Source: Eubacteriales bacterium (lineage in GTDB: Bacteria; Bacillota; Clostridia; Oscillospirales; CAG-272). Taken from it: a stretch of 64,000 nucleotides of DNA. The notes beneath the pieces were generated by a model that had not been told where the DNA came from, ran no database searches, and was given only the letters and a program-made list of their open reading frames with translations. Position 1 is the stretch's first letter; every line of letters starts with the position of its first letter. Where the stretch lies: the NCBI GenBank assembly GCA_045123975.1, contig JBGVKV010000071.1, positions 15-64,014 of the forward strand, in the 5' to 3' direction. Shown piece after piece: positions 1 through 10,163 of the stretch. Position numbers and translations under genes: made by a program.

Positions 1-1649
1 GTGGGCTTATCCATTTTGTTGATGGCCACAATGATGTCAACGCCTGCGGCCTTGGCGTGGTTAATCGCCTCAACGGTCTGGGGCATAATGCCGTCATCCG
101 CGGCAACAACAAGAATGGCAATATCGGTTGCCTGAGCACCGCGGGCACGCATAGAGGTAAATGCCTCGTGGCCGGGGGTATCCAGGAAGGTAATGTCACG
201 GCCGTCCAGATTCACACGGTAAGCACCGATGTGCTGGGTAATACCGCCGGCCTCGCCGGAGGTTACGCTGGTGTGACGAATCGCGTCAAGCAGAGAGGTC
301 TTACCGTGGTCAACGTGGCCCATTACGCACACAACGGGTGCGCGGGTCTCCAGATCCTCGGTATGCTCCTCGGTCTCGCTGAACAGCTTTTCTTCAATGG
401 TAACAACGACTTCCTTCGTTACCTTGGCGCCGAACTCGTCGGCGATCAGGTAAGCGGTGTCGTAATCGATGACCTGATTGATGGTGGCCATCATGCCGTT
501 CATCATCATCTTCTTGACGACCTCGGCGGCGGTCTTCTTCAGACGGGATGCCAGCTCACCTACGGTGATCTCATCCGGCAGAGTGATCTTGAGAGGCATC
601 TTCTTCAGCTTCTCCAGATTCTCCTTGCGAAGCTTCTCCATAGCCAGACGCTCCTTGTCACGGTTCTTGGCGGAACGCATGTCGCGGGTGTTCTGCTTCT
701 TCAGTTTCTGCTTGTTGGTGGAGGAGTCGGAGAAAGCATCGGGTGCGAACTTATCCAGACGCTCGTCGTACTTGGACAGATCCACGTTGGTGGTACGGGT
801 ATCGATCACGCGGGTGTTACCGGTTCTCTTCTTTTCCACCACGGGCTGCTGAGGCTTCTTGGGCTGAGGCGGACGGGTGGGCTGGAAGGGAGTATTGTTC
901 GCCGGTGCGCCGTTGTTCGGGCGCTGTCCCTGCTGTCCGTTCTGATTGGGACGGAATCCACCCTGCTGTCCCTGCTGGAAGCGGTCGCCCGGGCGGCCGT
1001 TCTGCTGCTGGAAGCGATCATTCGGACGACCGTTCTGCTGGAATCGGTCACTCGGGCGCTGTCCCTGCTGTCCGTTCTGATTGGGGCGGAATCCACCCTG
1101 CTGTCCCTGCTGGAAGCGATCGTTCGGGCGGCCGTTCTGCTGCTGGAAACGATCATTCGGGCGCTGTCCCTGGGGCTGAGCCGGCGCAGGCTTTGCCTCT
1201 GCCTTGGGAGCCTCCGTCTTGGGAGTTTCCACCTTGGGCTCTGCCTTCTTCTCCTCGGATTTGGGCGCGTCAGCCTTGACCTCCGTCTTCACGGGGACCT
1301 CAATTTTCTTTTCCTCGGCCTTGGGTGCTTCCTTCACGGGAGCCTCGGCCTTCTTTTCTTCCTTGATTTCGGGCTTCTTCTCCTCCACAGGTGCCGGAGC
1401 TTCCGCCTTCTTTTCTTCCGCCTTCTTGCGGCAGATCCGGGTCTTACCGCTCAGGTAGCCGTCCAGATCCTTGATCTGATTCTCCCGGGTCAACTCGTCA
1501 AAGAACACGTTGAATTCATCCGGCTCAAGCGTGGCCATATACGACTTCACGCTGACGCCGGAGCTCTCCATCTTCGTGAGAATCTCCTTATTTTTCATTC
1601 CCAGGTCTTTCGCCAACTGATTGACCTTGAACATAGATGCTTGTGCCAT
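1..1649 (-). CDS. infB: translation initiation factor IF-2 (N-terminal ~550 aa; 3' end lies beyond the window start)
   Basis: The minus frame is open from the window edge to the ATG at 1647-1649. It is absent from the ORF track because its stop is outside the window. My translation gives [24 protein letters not shown]... and the G domain [30 protein letters not shown]. The + ORF 57..1835 is its antisense shadow. Confidence 0.9.
   Translation of the reverse strand, partial: MAQASMFKVNQLAKDLGMKNKEILTKMESSGVSVKSYMATLEPDEFNVFFDELTRENQIKDLDGYLSGKTRICRKKAEEKKAEAPAPVEEKKPEIKEEKKAEAPVKEAPKAEEKKIEVPVKTEVKADAPKSEEKKAEPKVETPKTEAPKAEAKPAPAQPQGQRPNDRFQQQNGRPNDRFQQGQQGGFRPNQNGQQGQRPSDRFQQNGRPNDRFQQQNGRPGDRFQQGQQGGFRPNQNGQQGQRPNNGAPANNTPFQPTRPPQPKKPQQPVVEKKRTGNTRVIDTRTTNVDLSKYDERLDKFAPDAFSDSSTNKQKLKKQNTRDMRSAKNRDKERLAMEKLRKENLEKLKKMPLKITLPDEITVGELASRLKKTAAEVVKKMMMNGMMATINQVIDYDTAYLIADEFGAKVTKEVVVTIEEKLFSETEEHTEDLETRAPVVCVMGHVDHGKTSLLDAIRHTSVTSGEAGGITQHIGAYRVNLDGRDITFLDTPGHEAFTSMRARGAQATDIAILVVAADDGIMPQTVEAINHAKAAGVDIIVAINKMDKP
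917..1175 (-). repeat. in-frame nested tandem repeat inside the infB N-terminal linker
   Basis: TCGGGCGCTGTCCCTGCTGTCC recurs at 917, 1052 (135-nt period) and 1157. It encodes NDRFQQ(Q)NGRP / [17 protein letters not shown] peptide repeats. Confidence 0.75.
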
Positions 1650-1725
1650 CCTTTTTCGTACCCTGCCCGCGCTGGCGGGCCCTTTCTTGATCGAGTATTG
1701 CGGGATTTTCGGTGTGTGATTCAGA

Positions 1726-2064
1726 TCACGGACAACCGGCGAGTGTCCGGATCGCTTTGGCAAATTCGGCGTCGAGCACGGCGCAGGCGGATAATTCCAT
1801 CATACCGCACGCACGGCCCAATTCCTCCTTTGTGAGGGAAACGGGGATCAGATCCACCCCTGCCGTCTCGCACTTATCGGAAAGCTGCTTCCTTGTGCGA
1901 TCCGACGGATCGGATGCCAGAAGGACAATATGGGCACGGCCTGTTTTCAGCGCGTCTTTGATCGTATCGACGCCGCATCCGAGCCGATTTGCGCGCCGGC
2001 ACAAACCGATCATGGACGCCAGGCGGGACCCTGTCTTGCCCGTGGCAGATTGTGTATTCATCAT
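1726..2064 (-). CDS. ylxQ: L7Ae-family RNA-binding protein YlxQ
   Basis: 112-aa ORF in the conserved slot between ylxR and infB. It has an L7Ae-like core ([22 protein letters not shown]) and a 4-nt overlap with ylxR. Confidence 0.75.
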   Translation of the reverse strand: MMNTQSATGKTGSRLASMIGLCRRANRLGCGVDTIKDALKTGRAHIVLLASDPSDRTRKQLSDKCETAGVDLIPVSLTKEELGRACGMMELSACAVLDAEFAKAIRTLAGCP

Positions 2065-2345
2065 GCGTCCGCGCTTTCTTCCGAAATACGGACCTCTTCT
2101 TCCAGTGCATTCAGCACCTCATCGGACACGGCCATCTCCAGAGCGTGGGCAAAACGATTGGCCTTTCTTGCCTTTTTGAAGCAGGTAAGAGAGCGGCACA
2201 CGTACACGCCGCGGCCGGACAGCTTGCCGGTGAAATCCATCTGGACCGTACCGTCGGGGGTGCGAACCACACGGATCAGCTCTTTCTTGGGGAAGGATTC
2301 CCCGCATCCGCAGCAGCGTCTGAGCGGAATCTTTTTCGGTTGCAT
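2061..2345 (-). CDS. ylxR: YlxR/RnpM (DUF448) RNA-binding protein
   Basis: 94 aa with PLRRCCGCGESFPKKELIRVV and GRGVYVC motifs typical of DUF448. It lies directly downstream of nusA. Confidence 0.8.
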   Translation of the reverse strand: MQPKKIPLRRCCGCGESFPKKELIRVVRTPDGTVQMDFTGKLSGRGVYVCRSLTCFKKARKANRFAHALEMAVSDEVLNALEEEVRISEESADA

Positions 2346-2405
2346 CCTGTATCACCTCGGCCGGAGCCGATGCTTTCTTTCAAAATTATATGTGTATAGC
2401 GGGGA

Positions 2406-3467
2406 TTACTTGCGGCTCTTGATATCGATCTTGTAGCCGGTAAGGCGAACGGCCAGGCGGACGTTCTGTCCTTCCTTACCGATGGCCAGAGACAGCTGAT
2501 CGCTGTCCACCCAAACGGTGGCGCTGCGCTCTCCGTCGAAGTCCACGTCCAGAACGGAGGCGGGGGACAGAGCGGCGGCAATGTATTCCTCGGGCTTCTC
2601 GGAGAAGAGAACCACGTCGATCTTCTCACCGCGCAGCTCCTCTACGATTTCGGCGATACGCATACCGCGGTTACCGATGCAGGCACCTACCGCATCCACG
2701 TCGGGATCGCGGGAGATGACGGAAACCTTGGTGCGGGAGCCTGCCTCACGGGCCACGCCCTTCAGGAGAACCACGCCGTCCTGGATCTCGGGAACCACCA
2801 ATTCCATCAGACGGCGGATCATACCCTGGTGGGTACGGGAAAGAGTCACCACAGGGCCGTGGGATTCACGGTGCACCTCGGTAACGAACACCTTCAGACG
2901 GTCGCCTACGGCGAAGTTATCGCCGGGGATCTGCTCGCTTCTCAGAAGAACGGCCTCGCTGGTGCCGGTGTCCACAACCACGTCGCCGGTGTTATCGTCC
3001 ACCTTGGTAACGATGGCGGTGATAACTTCCTCGTGCTTCTTCTCGTATTCGCGGATGATGTTGGAGTGCTCCGCCTCGCGGATACCCTGAATGATCACCT
3101 GCTTGGCAGCCTGGGCGCTCAGACGACCGAAGGCCTTGGTCTTGAGCTCAAACTCCACCACGTCGCCCACGTTGTAGCGGCGGGAGATGGAACGTGCTTC
3201 CTCAAGGGAGATCTGCTCCTTCTCATCCTCAACCACGTCAACAACGGTCTTCTGCTGGTAGATGCGGAAGGTCTTCTTCTCGCCGTCCAGAGCGATGCGC
3301 ACGTTCATGGCACCGGACTCCTTCTTGTAGGCACTCACCAGAGCCGCCTCGATCTTCTCCAGCATATAGGTTCTCGGGATACCCTTGGTAGACTCCAGAA
3401 TATCCACCGCGGCGAAGATCTCCGCGCCCATATTTTCCGATTCTTTTTTGGTCACTGCTTTTTTCAT
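2406..3467 (-). CDS. nusA: transcription termination/antitermination factor NusA
   Basis: ORF 2406..3551 trimmed to the ATG at 3467, which has an AAGGAA RBS; the longer form overlaps rimP. S1 and two KH regions are present (GACIGNRGMRI, LAIGKEGQNVRLA). Confidence 0.9.
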   Translation of the reverse strand: MKKAVTKKESENMGAEIFAAVDILESTKGIPRTYMLEKIEAALVSAYKKESGAMNVRIALDGEKKTFRIYQQKTVVDVVEDEKEQISLEEARSISRRYNVGDVVEFELKTKAFGRLSAQAAKQVIIQGIREAEHSNIIREYEKKHEEVITAIVTKVDDNTGDVVVDTGTSEAVLLRSEQIPGDNFAVGDRLKVFVTEVHRESHGPVVTLSRTHQGMIRRLMELVVPEIQDGVVLLKGVAREAGSRTKVSVISRDPDVDAVGACIGNRGMRIAEIVEELRGEKIDVVLFSEKPEEYIAAALSPASVLDVDFDGERSATVWVDSDQLSLAIGKEGQNVRLAVRLTGYKIDIKSRK

Positions 3468-3504
3468 GACTGTTTTCCTTATCCGTAAAATAATGTGCGT
3501 GCCG

Positions 3505-4023
3505 TTACCAGTTAAACACGGTAGAAACCTTGGCGGCCGCGGATTTTGCAATGGTAATACTTTCCTCGTTCGCCCGTGTCAGGGTGAACTCTTTTTCCTC
3601 GGTGGCAGTGAGGATTCCCCGGAGCGTTTTCTCTCCGTTCAAGGGGGCGTACAGACGCACCTCAATCTCGTCACCGATGCAGGCCTCGAAATGATCGGGC
3701 CGGGTGAGGGGACGCTCCACGCCGGGAGACGTTACCTCGACTTTATAGGAGTTTTCAATGGGATCGGCCTCGTCCAGAATCGGATCGATGGCACGGGAAA
3801 CCCGCTCGCAGTCGTCCAGCGTGATACCCTCGTTGGAATCGATGACCACACGGAGGATCATATCGGCGCCTTCCTTGACGTATTCCACGTCCCACAGATA
3901 GCACTCCTCAGCCAGCACCGTGTCAAAGAGCAGATCCCGCACGCGGTCGGCAATGTTCTTCGGGCGGGGCGGCCGTTTCTTTTCGGCACCCTCGGCGGAG
4001 GTGATTTTTTCTTCCATACTCAT
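3505..4023 (-). CDS. rimP: ribosome maturation factor RimP
   Basis: ORF trimmed to the ATG at 4023 (AAGGAG RBS). RimP-like LWDVEYVKEGADMILRVVID motif. First gene of the rimP-nusA-infB operon. Confidence 0.8.
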   Translation of the reverse strand: MSMEEKITSAEGAEKKRPPRPKNIADRVRDLLFDTVLAEECYLWDVEYVKEGADMILRVVIDSNEGITLDDCERVSRAIDPILDEADPIENSYKVEVTSPGVERPLTRPDHFEACIGDEIEVRLYAPLNGEKTLRGILTATEEKEFTLTRANEESITIAKSAAAKVSTVFNW

Positions 4024-4274
4024 ACGCGATCTCCTTACGGTACTTTCAGTACAAAAATAAAGAGCGGGAACCAAACCCACTCTCCTTAATACTTTATACT
4101 TTAGCGTAGTCAGTATACCATACTTTTCCCCTCATTGCAAGGGGTTATGTGAAAATATTTTCCCGAAAAAACGGGAAAATGCCTTGTTTTGACGGATAAA
4201 TCCGCCACTCCCTTGATTTTTTTGCCCCCTTGTGCTACCATTATACCATCTCAAGAAAAGGCAGGGCAGATCTG

Positions 4275-4832
4275 ATGACAAACGAAGAAATGCGGGAGGT
4301 ACAAATTACCCGCGAGGAAATATACGACGGCATCGTTCTCCACGTCACGAAGGACACCGTCCGTCTGCCGAATGGCGGCACGTCGATCCGCGAGGTGGCC
4401 TGGCACCGGGGTGCGGTGTGCGTGGTCCCCGTCACCGAGGATGGGGAGATCATTTTCGTGGAGCAGTTCCGCTACGCCATGGATCGGGTGCTTCTGGAGA
4501 TCCCGGCAGGCAAGCTGGAGGCCGGTGAGACCGATCGGGCGGCGGCCGCCCGGCGGGAATTGTCCGAGGAGACGGGATACACCGCCGATTCTCTGATCGA
4601 TCTGGGCAAATATTTCGGCTGTCCCGCCCTGATTTCCGAGGACATCAATATGTATCTGGCCACGGGGCTTCATCCCGGTGAGTGCCATCCCGATGAGGAC
4701 GAGTTCCTCAGGATCCGCAGGATCTCCATCCACGATGCCACCGAGATGATTTTGCGGGGTGAGATCCCCGACGGCAAGACCCAATTGGGCATTTTGCGGG
4801 CAAAACTGTGGTGGGAACAAAACCACGGATAA
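4275..4832 (+). CDS. NUDIX hydrolase (ADP-ribose pyrophosphatase-like)
   Basis: Nudix box GKLEAGETDRAAAARRELSEETG. Start moved to the ATG at 4275. Confidence 0.75.
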   Translation: MTNEEMREVQITREEIYDGIVLHVTKDTVRLPNGGTSIREVAWHRGAVCVVPVTEDGEIIFVEQFRYAMDRVLLEIPAGKLEAGETDRAAAARRELSEETGYTADSLIDLGKYFGCPALISEDINMYLATGLHPGECHPDEDEFLRIRRISIHDATEMILRGEIPDGKTQLGILRAKLWWEQNHG

Positions 4833-4866
4833 AACCGTCCTATATTTTTGGAGGAAATACTACTGT

Positions 4867-5751
4867 ATGGCAAAGACTGAATTGGGCATCGCCCTGAACA
4901 CCGCTTTCGGTACAAAAATCGAAGAAAGAATCGCAAACGTGCTGGACGCGGGCTTTACACACGTCAGCATGGTCTGGGGAGAGAATGACGACGAGCATGA
5001 AAAATTCTACCGCCAGGCAAAATATATAAAAGAGAACAAAGTGCCCGTATACTCCGTACACGCACCTCTCTATCCCACCGATTACACCGATCGGGGCGTG
5101 GGCGTTATGTGGGAGGATTCCCCCGCGGCAAAGACCTATCGGGAATTTTTGTGCCGCTGTGCCCGGGAGATCGCCGAGCACACCGACTCGCCTTATATGG
5201 TACTGCACCCCACATTCCATCCTACCATGCCCGCCCCCACCGAGACCGGCGTGGAGAATTTCCGCTACGTGGCGGAATACTGCCGCACCGTGGGCATCAA
5301 GGTGGCTTTGGAGACCATGGAAGTCCCCAGCCATCTGGCCATTCTTCTGAAGGAATTGCCCCCGGATATCGCCGGCGTCTGCTGGGACAGCGGTCACAAT
5401 CTGGCCTACACCCCGGAGGTGGACTGGCCGAGAAAAGCAAAAGGCCGTCTGTTCTGCACCCATCTCCACGACAACGACGGAAAGACCATGGGCCCCATCC
5501 CCAACACCCGCTGTGACACCCATTTTCTGCCCTTCGACGGCGTGCGGGATTGGGAGGACGCTATGGTAAGTCTGGCCGAGAGCGGCTACCGCGGCCCTCT
5601 CACTCTGGAAGTAAAGAAGGGACGGGACGTATGCCGTCAGCTTCCCATCTACGCCGAATGGGGCGAAGCGCGCTTCATGAAGGAAGCCTACGCCCGTGCG
5701 GATCGGCTCCGCACCATTTTTGAGGAGGCATGCCGCCGTCTGGATGGCTGA
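4867..5751 (+). CDS. sugar phosphate isomerase/epimerase (xylose-isomerase-like TIM barrel)
   Basis: Start is the ATG at 4867 with a GGAGG RBS. Metal-ligand-like motifs are spaced as in the AP_endonuc_2 fold: SVHAP, LHPT, LETM, WDSGHN, HLHDNDG, LEV. Confidence 0.6.
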   Translation: MAKTELGIALNTAFGTKIEERIANVLDAGFTHVSMVWGENDDEHEKFYRQAKYIKENKVPVYSVHAPLYPTDYTDRGVGVMWEDSPAAKTYREFLCRCAREIAEHTDSPYMVLHPTFHPTMPAPTETGVENFRYVAEYCRTVGIKVALETMEVPSHLAILLKELPPDIAGVCWDSGHNLAYTPEVDWPRKAKGRLFCTHLHDNDGKTMGPIPNTRCDTHFLPFDGVRDWEDAMVSLAESGYRGPLTLEVKKGRDVCRQLPIYAEWGEARFMKEAYARADRLRTIFEEACRRLDG

Positions 5752-5771
5752 TCCTCATACGGAGGATTTTT

Positions 5772-7622
5772 ATGCTGGAAAACATCCACTCCCCCGCGGA
5801 TATCAAGCATCTGACTCCCGATCAGATCGCCGCCTTGTGCGGGGAAATCCGGGAGGATATACTTACCGCCGTTTCAAAAAACGGCGGTCATCTCTCGTCC
5901 AATCTGGGCATTGTGGAAACCACAGTGGCCCTCCACCGGGTCTTTGACACACCCCGGGACGCCATCGTTTTCGACGTGGGACACCAGTGCTACGCCCACA
6001 AGATCTTGACGGGCCGTCGGGCGGGATTTTCGAATCTGCGGAAGCTGGGCGGACTCTCCGGCTTTCCCCGGAGGGAGGAAAGCGAGTACGATCCCTTCTC
6101 CGCCGGTCATTCGGGCCCTGCCCTCTCCTGTGCCATCGGTATGGCGGAGGCCAACCGGGCAGCGGGACGTGAGGACTGGGTGATTGCCGTCATCGGCGAC
6201 GCATCCTTCGGGTGCGGTATGGTCTACGAGGCACTGCAGAACTGCGCCAAGCAGGGGCTCCGGCTCCTGATCGTCCTCAACGACAACGAGATGTCCATCT
6301 CCAAAAACGTGGGAGCTCTGTCCGATTATTTCACGAAGATCCGCCTGAGCCGGGGCTATTTTGCCTTCAAGCACACGGTGCATAAGATCTGCGCCCGCGT
6401 ACCCCTGTTGGGTCGGGGCGTGATCCGCTGTGCCATCGGGATAAAGGAATTTATCAAGCGGATTCTGAACCGAAAAAACATCTTTGAAAATCTGGGTCTG
6501 GAATATCTGGGCCCCGTGGACGGAAAGCGGGAGGAGGTTCTGGAATACGTATTCCGGGAGGCCATCCGGTGCGACCGCCCCTGCATCGTCCACGTGATCA
6601 CACAAAAAGGACGGGGTTATGCCCGGGCCGAGGAGCATCCGGACCGGTATCACGCTGTATCCCCCTTCGATCCGGCTGCGGGAATCCCCGACGCACCGCC
6701 GAAAATGACCTTTTCCCGCGCCTTCGGTCAGTCCATGTGCCGATTGGCCGGGGAAAACGATACCCTCTGCGCCATCACCGCCGCCATGCGGGACGGCACG
6801 GGGCTTGCGGAATTTGCCGACGCGTTCCCCCGTCGGTTCTACGACGTGGGCATCGCCGAGGAGCACGCCGTCAGCTTTGCCGCCGGTCTTGCCCGGGGTG
6901 GGCAGCAACCTGTTGTGGCGCTGTATTCCACCTTCGCCCAGAGAACCTTCGATCAGGTGCTCCACGACTGCGCTTTGCAGAAGCTGCCTTTGGTATTGGC
7001 TTTGGACCGTGCGGGCATCGTGCCCGGCGACGGCTCCACCCACCAGGGACTCTTTGACGTGGGACTTTTCACACCCGTTCCCGGTGTGGAAATATTCGCC
7101 CCCGAATCCTATGAGGAATTGGACGCTGTGCTGGAAAACGCGATCCGGTCGGATCGCATAAGCGTGATCCGCTATCCCCGGGGCAGCGAGACCGAATACG
7201 ACCGCAGTGTGTGGCAGGAGATTGCCCCCGGCATCACCGCCGCCGATTTCCCGGGAAATACGGCAGGAAAGCCCCTTACGATCCTCACCTACGGCAGGAT
7301 CGCCTACGAAGCCCTGCGTGCAGCGGCGGAAATATTTCTCACCTGTCCCGTGCGGGTGATCCGCCTGAGTAAGATCTATCCTCTCGACAAAGATGCCATT
7401 CTCACCGCTCTGGGCGGTGCGGAAAGATGCCTGATCGTGGAGGAAGGCATGCGCCGGGGCGGCATCGGCGAGATGGTTGCCGCCATCCTCGCGGAAGCGG
7501 GAGCGCCGGCTCGTGTGAAGATCCTGGCGGTATCGGATTTCGTATCCCACGGGGATACGAAATCCCTGACAGCCGCCCTCTCTTTGGATGCGGCGGGCAT
7601 TCTTCGGGAATCCGAATTTTGA
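5772..7622 (+). CDS. dxs: 1-deoxy-D-xylulose-5-phosphate synthase
   Basis: Start is the ATG at 5772 (GGAGGA RBS), 616 aa. Contains GGHLSSNLGIVE, the GDASFGCGMVYEALN TPP motif and the transketolase-like IAEEHAV. Confidence 0.9.
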   Translation: MLENIHSPADIKHLTPDQIAALCGEIREDILTAVSKNGGHLSSNLGIVETTVALHRVFDTPRDAIVFDVGHQCYAHKILTGRRAGFSNLRKLGGLSGFPRREESEYDPFSAGHSGPALSCAIGMAEANRAAGREDWVIAVIGDASFGCGMVYEALQNCAKQGLRLLIVLNDNEMSISKNVGALSDYFTKIRLSRGYFAFKHTVHKICARVPLLGRGVIRCAIGIKEFIKRILNRKNIFENLGLEYLGPVDGKREEVLEYVFREAIRCDRPCIVHVITQKGRGYARAEEHPDRYHAVSPFDPAAGIPDAPPKMTFSRAFGQSMCRLAGENDTLCAITAAMRDGTGLAEFADAFPRRFYDVGIAEEHAVSFAAGLARGGQQPVVALYSTFAQRTFDQVLHDCALQKLPLVLALDRAGIVPGDGSTHQGLFDVGLFTPVPGVEIFAPESYEELDAVLENAIRSDRISVIRYPRGSETEYDRSVWQEIAPGITAADFPGNTAGKPLTILTYGRIAYEALRAAAEIFLTCPVRVIRLSKIYPLDKDAILTALGGAERCLIVEEGMRRGGIGEMVAAILAEAGAPARVKILAVSDFVSHGDTKSLTAALSLDAAGILRESEF

Positions 7623-7630
7623 GAATAAGA

Positions 7631-7662
7631 AAAACCGATCTGTATGACAGATCGGTTTTTTG
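7631..7662 (+). terminator. rho-independent terminator of dxs
   Basis: AAACCGATCTG-TATGA-CAGATCGGTTT followed by a T run. Confidence 0.8.
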
Positions 7663-7684
7663 TGTGTGGTGTATGACGCGGGGA

Positions 7685-7730
7685 CACCCCGCACCCCGCC
7701 ACCTTTTTGAAAAAAGGTGGGCGAAAAACT
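7685..7730 (+). repeat. dispersed repeat, module X copy
   Basis: GCGGGGACACCCCGC hairpin + CGCCACCTTTTTGAAAAAAGGTGGGCGAAAAACTTT. Abuts the HAD gene stop. Confidence 0.8.
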
Positions 7731-8384
7731 TTACAGCTTCGTTATGGTCTCCGTTAGTTCCTCGGGATTGGAAAAAATTCTCTCCGCGCCGGCTTCCCGC
7801 AGGGTTTGGGCCGAGCGGAACCCCCAACTGACCGCCAGGCAGTCCACGCCCGTATTGCGGGCGGTGAGCACGTCCACCTCGGAATCGCCCACGTAGGCGG
7901 CCTCCGCCTTCGTGACGCCCAGGCGGGCAAGGGCGTATTCCACCATATCCGGCGCGGGTTTTTTGGGCATATCCTCCCGCGCGCCCACGGAAACGGGGAT
8001 TACCTCCCCGAAATACCGCTTCACCAGATCCTGCACCGCAAAATCCGCCTTGTTGGACACGATGGCCATCTTTACCCCCGCCCGGGACAATTTCTCCAAG
8101 AGGGCAGGGATTCCCGCATAGGGGGCGGTGGTATCCGCCGAATGGGCGGCGTAATAGGTACAGAATTCGCCGAACACCGCATCGGTAAGGGCGGCATCGG
8201 TGCCGGCGGGCACCGCGTTCTCCACCAGATGGCGGATGCCCCGTCCCACGATGGCACGGATTTCCTCTTTTGTCCTCACGGGCAGGCCGTATTTTTCAAG
8301 GGAATGATTGACCGCGTCCGCCAGATCCTGCAAGGTATCGAGCAAGGTGCCGTCCAGATCCCAAATAATCGCTTTATATCCCAT
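7731..8384 (-). CDS. HAD-superfamily hydrolase (phosphoglycolate phosphatase-like)
   Basis: WDLDGTLLDT (motif I), VSNK (II), YVGDSEVD (III/IV); 217 aa. Confidence 0.8.
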   Translation of the reverse strand: MGYKAIIWDLDGTLLDTLQDLADAVNHSLEKYGLPVRTKEEIRAIVGRGIRHLVENAVPAGTDAALTDAVFGEFCTYYAAHSADTTAPYAGIPALLEKLSRAGVKMAIVSNKADFAVQDLVKRYFGEVIPVSVGAREDMPKKPAPDMVEYALARLGVTKAEAAYVGDSEVDVLTARNTGVDCLAVSWGFRSAQTLREAGAERIFSNPEELTETITKL

Positions 8385-8499
8385 ATGTCAACCTCTTTAT
8401 TTCATTTGTACTATTGTACCACGTTTTTCCCACTTTAGCAAGGCGGGAGACGGCCAAAAACTTCCATAGATCGTTTACATTTGTGTGTGGATTTTCATA

Positions 8500-8528
8500 T
8501 TGACTTTGAATTCCTCATCTGTTATAAT
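8500..8528 (+). promoter_or_regulatory. sigma-A type promoter (TTGACT-17-TATAAT, TG-extended)
   Basis: -35 TTGACT at 8500-8505, 17-nt spacer, TGTTATAAT ending at 8528. Lies ~50 nt upstream of the SBP gene. Confidence 0.5.
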
Positions 8529-8576
8529 AAAGTAGTCTACTCTGTAAAAATTTACTTATAAGAAAGGACAATTATT

Positions 8577-10073
8577 ATGATGAAGCGTATTCTTGCAATG
8601 CTTCTGGCAGTGCTCATGCTGGTTCCGGTTCTCGCATCTTGCACCGAAGATACCCCGGACACCCCTGACACTGATCCCGCATCCGACTCCAAAGTAGAAG
8701 ACACCACCGTTCCCGAGGAAACCGGCCTGACCCTGGACAAGACCGACTTCGGCGGTACCAACCTCCGCATCCTCGGTGTAAGCGAAGACTACAACTTCGG
8801 TTACTACCAGACCGGTGACATTTGGATTGAAACCGAGCAGGCCGATCCCTTCGAGCGCTCCGTTTACATCCGTCTGCAGGATTGTATCAACAAGTACAAT
8901 TTCGGCGTAGAGTACACCTCCAGCACCTCCCCCATCAATGACGTTGCCAGCCTGGTTTCCGGCGGCCTCGATCAGTATGACGTAGTGTTCTCCCAGTGGA
9001 ACCAGATCTGGCAGGGCGCCAGAGGCGGTAACCTTCTGGACATCAACGAGATCGACTCCATCGATCTGAACAACTCCTGGTGGGACCAGAACGCAAACAC
9101 CCAGCTGTCCATCGCCAACCGTATGTTCTACACCACCGGTGACATCACCACCGTTGACGATCGTTGCGCACGCGCTCTGTACTTCAACAAGACTCTGGCA
9201 GCTGCACACGATATGGAAAGCCCCTACGAGCTGGTTCGCAACAACCAGTGGACCCTCGAGAAGTTCGCTGAAATGTGCCGCAGCGTTTACGACGACGTAA
9301 ACGGTGACGGTAACACCGACATCGACGACGTTCTGGGCTTCTTCCGCGAGAGCGGCCAGTTCAACTACCTGATGACCGCTATGGACGAGCACTACAGCGA
9401 GCTGGATGAGAACGGTCTGCCCGTTTACACCTTCATGCAGGATGCAGAAGGCGTTACCAAGATGGAAACCGTTTCTTCCCTCCTCATCGACGAGAAGGTA
9501 AGCTACAACATCCACAACCTGACCGACTTCGGCGGCTACAGCAACCGTTTCGCATACGCCCGCAGCAAGTTCGCTGCCGGTAAGCAGCTGTTCACCATCG
9601 GCGGCGCTCTGGTTATCGCTGAGTTCGCAGACATGGAAGATTCCTTCGGTATCCTGCCCATGCCTAAGTGGAACTCCGATCAGACCCGTTACTACCACAT
9701 TATCGATACTCCCTGCCCGATGATGGGTATTCCCAACACCAAGGCAGATGCAACCGATATCGGTTACATGCTGGAGTACTTCTCCTACGAAGGTCAGCAG
9801 ACCATTTCTCCCACCTTCAAGGACAGAATGCTGAAGAGACGTTATGCACAGGACTCCGATTCCGGTGATATGCTGGACATCATCTATGCAAACAAGTGCT
9901 TCGATCTTGGCTTCGTTGCAAACTGGGGCGGCATTCTCAGCATCGCTGACGGTGCTATCCTGGCCGGCCGTCTGCCCAAGACCAATCAGTACAACCGTCT
10001 TACCAAGTCCATGCCCAAGCTGATCCAGAAGGACTACGATGCCTTCGCAGTTGCAGGTAAGGAAGTTGAGTAA
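8577..10073 (+). CDS. extracellular solute-binding lipoprotein (ABC-transporter SBP family), orphan
   Basis: Lipoprotein signal MMKRILAMLLAVLMLVPVLASC. The size (498 aa) and composition are typical of family-1 sugar SBPs. No permease or ATPase gene is adjacent. Confidence 0.65.
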   Translation: MMKRILAMLLAVLMLVPVLASCTEDTPDTPDTDPASDSKVEDTTVPEETGLTLDKTDFGGTNLRILGVSEDYNFGYYQTGDIWIETEQADPFERSVYIRLQDCINKYNFGVEYTSSTSPINDVASLVSGGLDQYDVVFSQWNQIWQGARGGNLLDINEIDSIDLNNSWWDQNANTQLSIANRMFYTTGDITTVDDRCARALYFNKTLAAAHDMESPYELVRNNQWTLEKFAEMCRSVYDDVNGDGNTDIDDVLGFFRESGQFNYLMTAMDEHYSELDENGLPVYTFMQDAEGVTKMETVSSLLIDEKVSYNIHNLTDFGGYSNRFAYARSKFAAGKQLFTIGGALVIAEFADMEDSFGILPMPKWNSDQTRYYHIIDTPCPMMGIPNTKADATDIGYMLEYFSYEGQQTISPTFKDRMLKRRYAQDSDSGDMLDIIYANKCFDLGFVANWGGILSIADGAILAGRLPKTNQYNRLTKSMPKLIQKDYDAFAVAGKEVE

Positions 10074-10088
10074 TTCTCACCTACATAA

Positions 10089-10117
10089 AGATGCCGCCCG
10101 TCGGGCGGCATCTTTTT
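10089..10117 (+). terminator. rho-independent terminator of the SBP gene
   Basis: GATGCCGCCCG-TC-GGGCGGCATC + TTTTTT. Confidence 0.8.
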
Positions 10118-10135
10118 TGTTTCTCGGCAGCATAA

Positions 10136-10163
10136 TAAAAAACGGCGGTGACCCGCCGTTTTT
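10136..10163 (-). terminator. rho-independent terminator of hemW
   Basis: On the minus strand: ACGGCGG-GTCA-CCGCCGT + TTTTTATTA, directly after the hemW stop. Confidence 0.7.

Noticed and set aside
8483-8493. The DnaA-box-like TGTGGATTT next to the SBP promoter.
   Set aside because: It is a single site with 2 mismatches, far from oriC, so a chance occurrence is expected.
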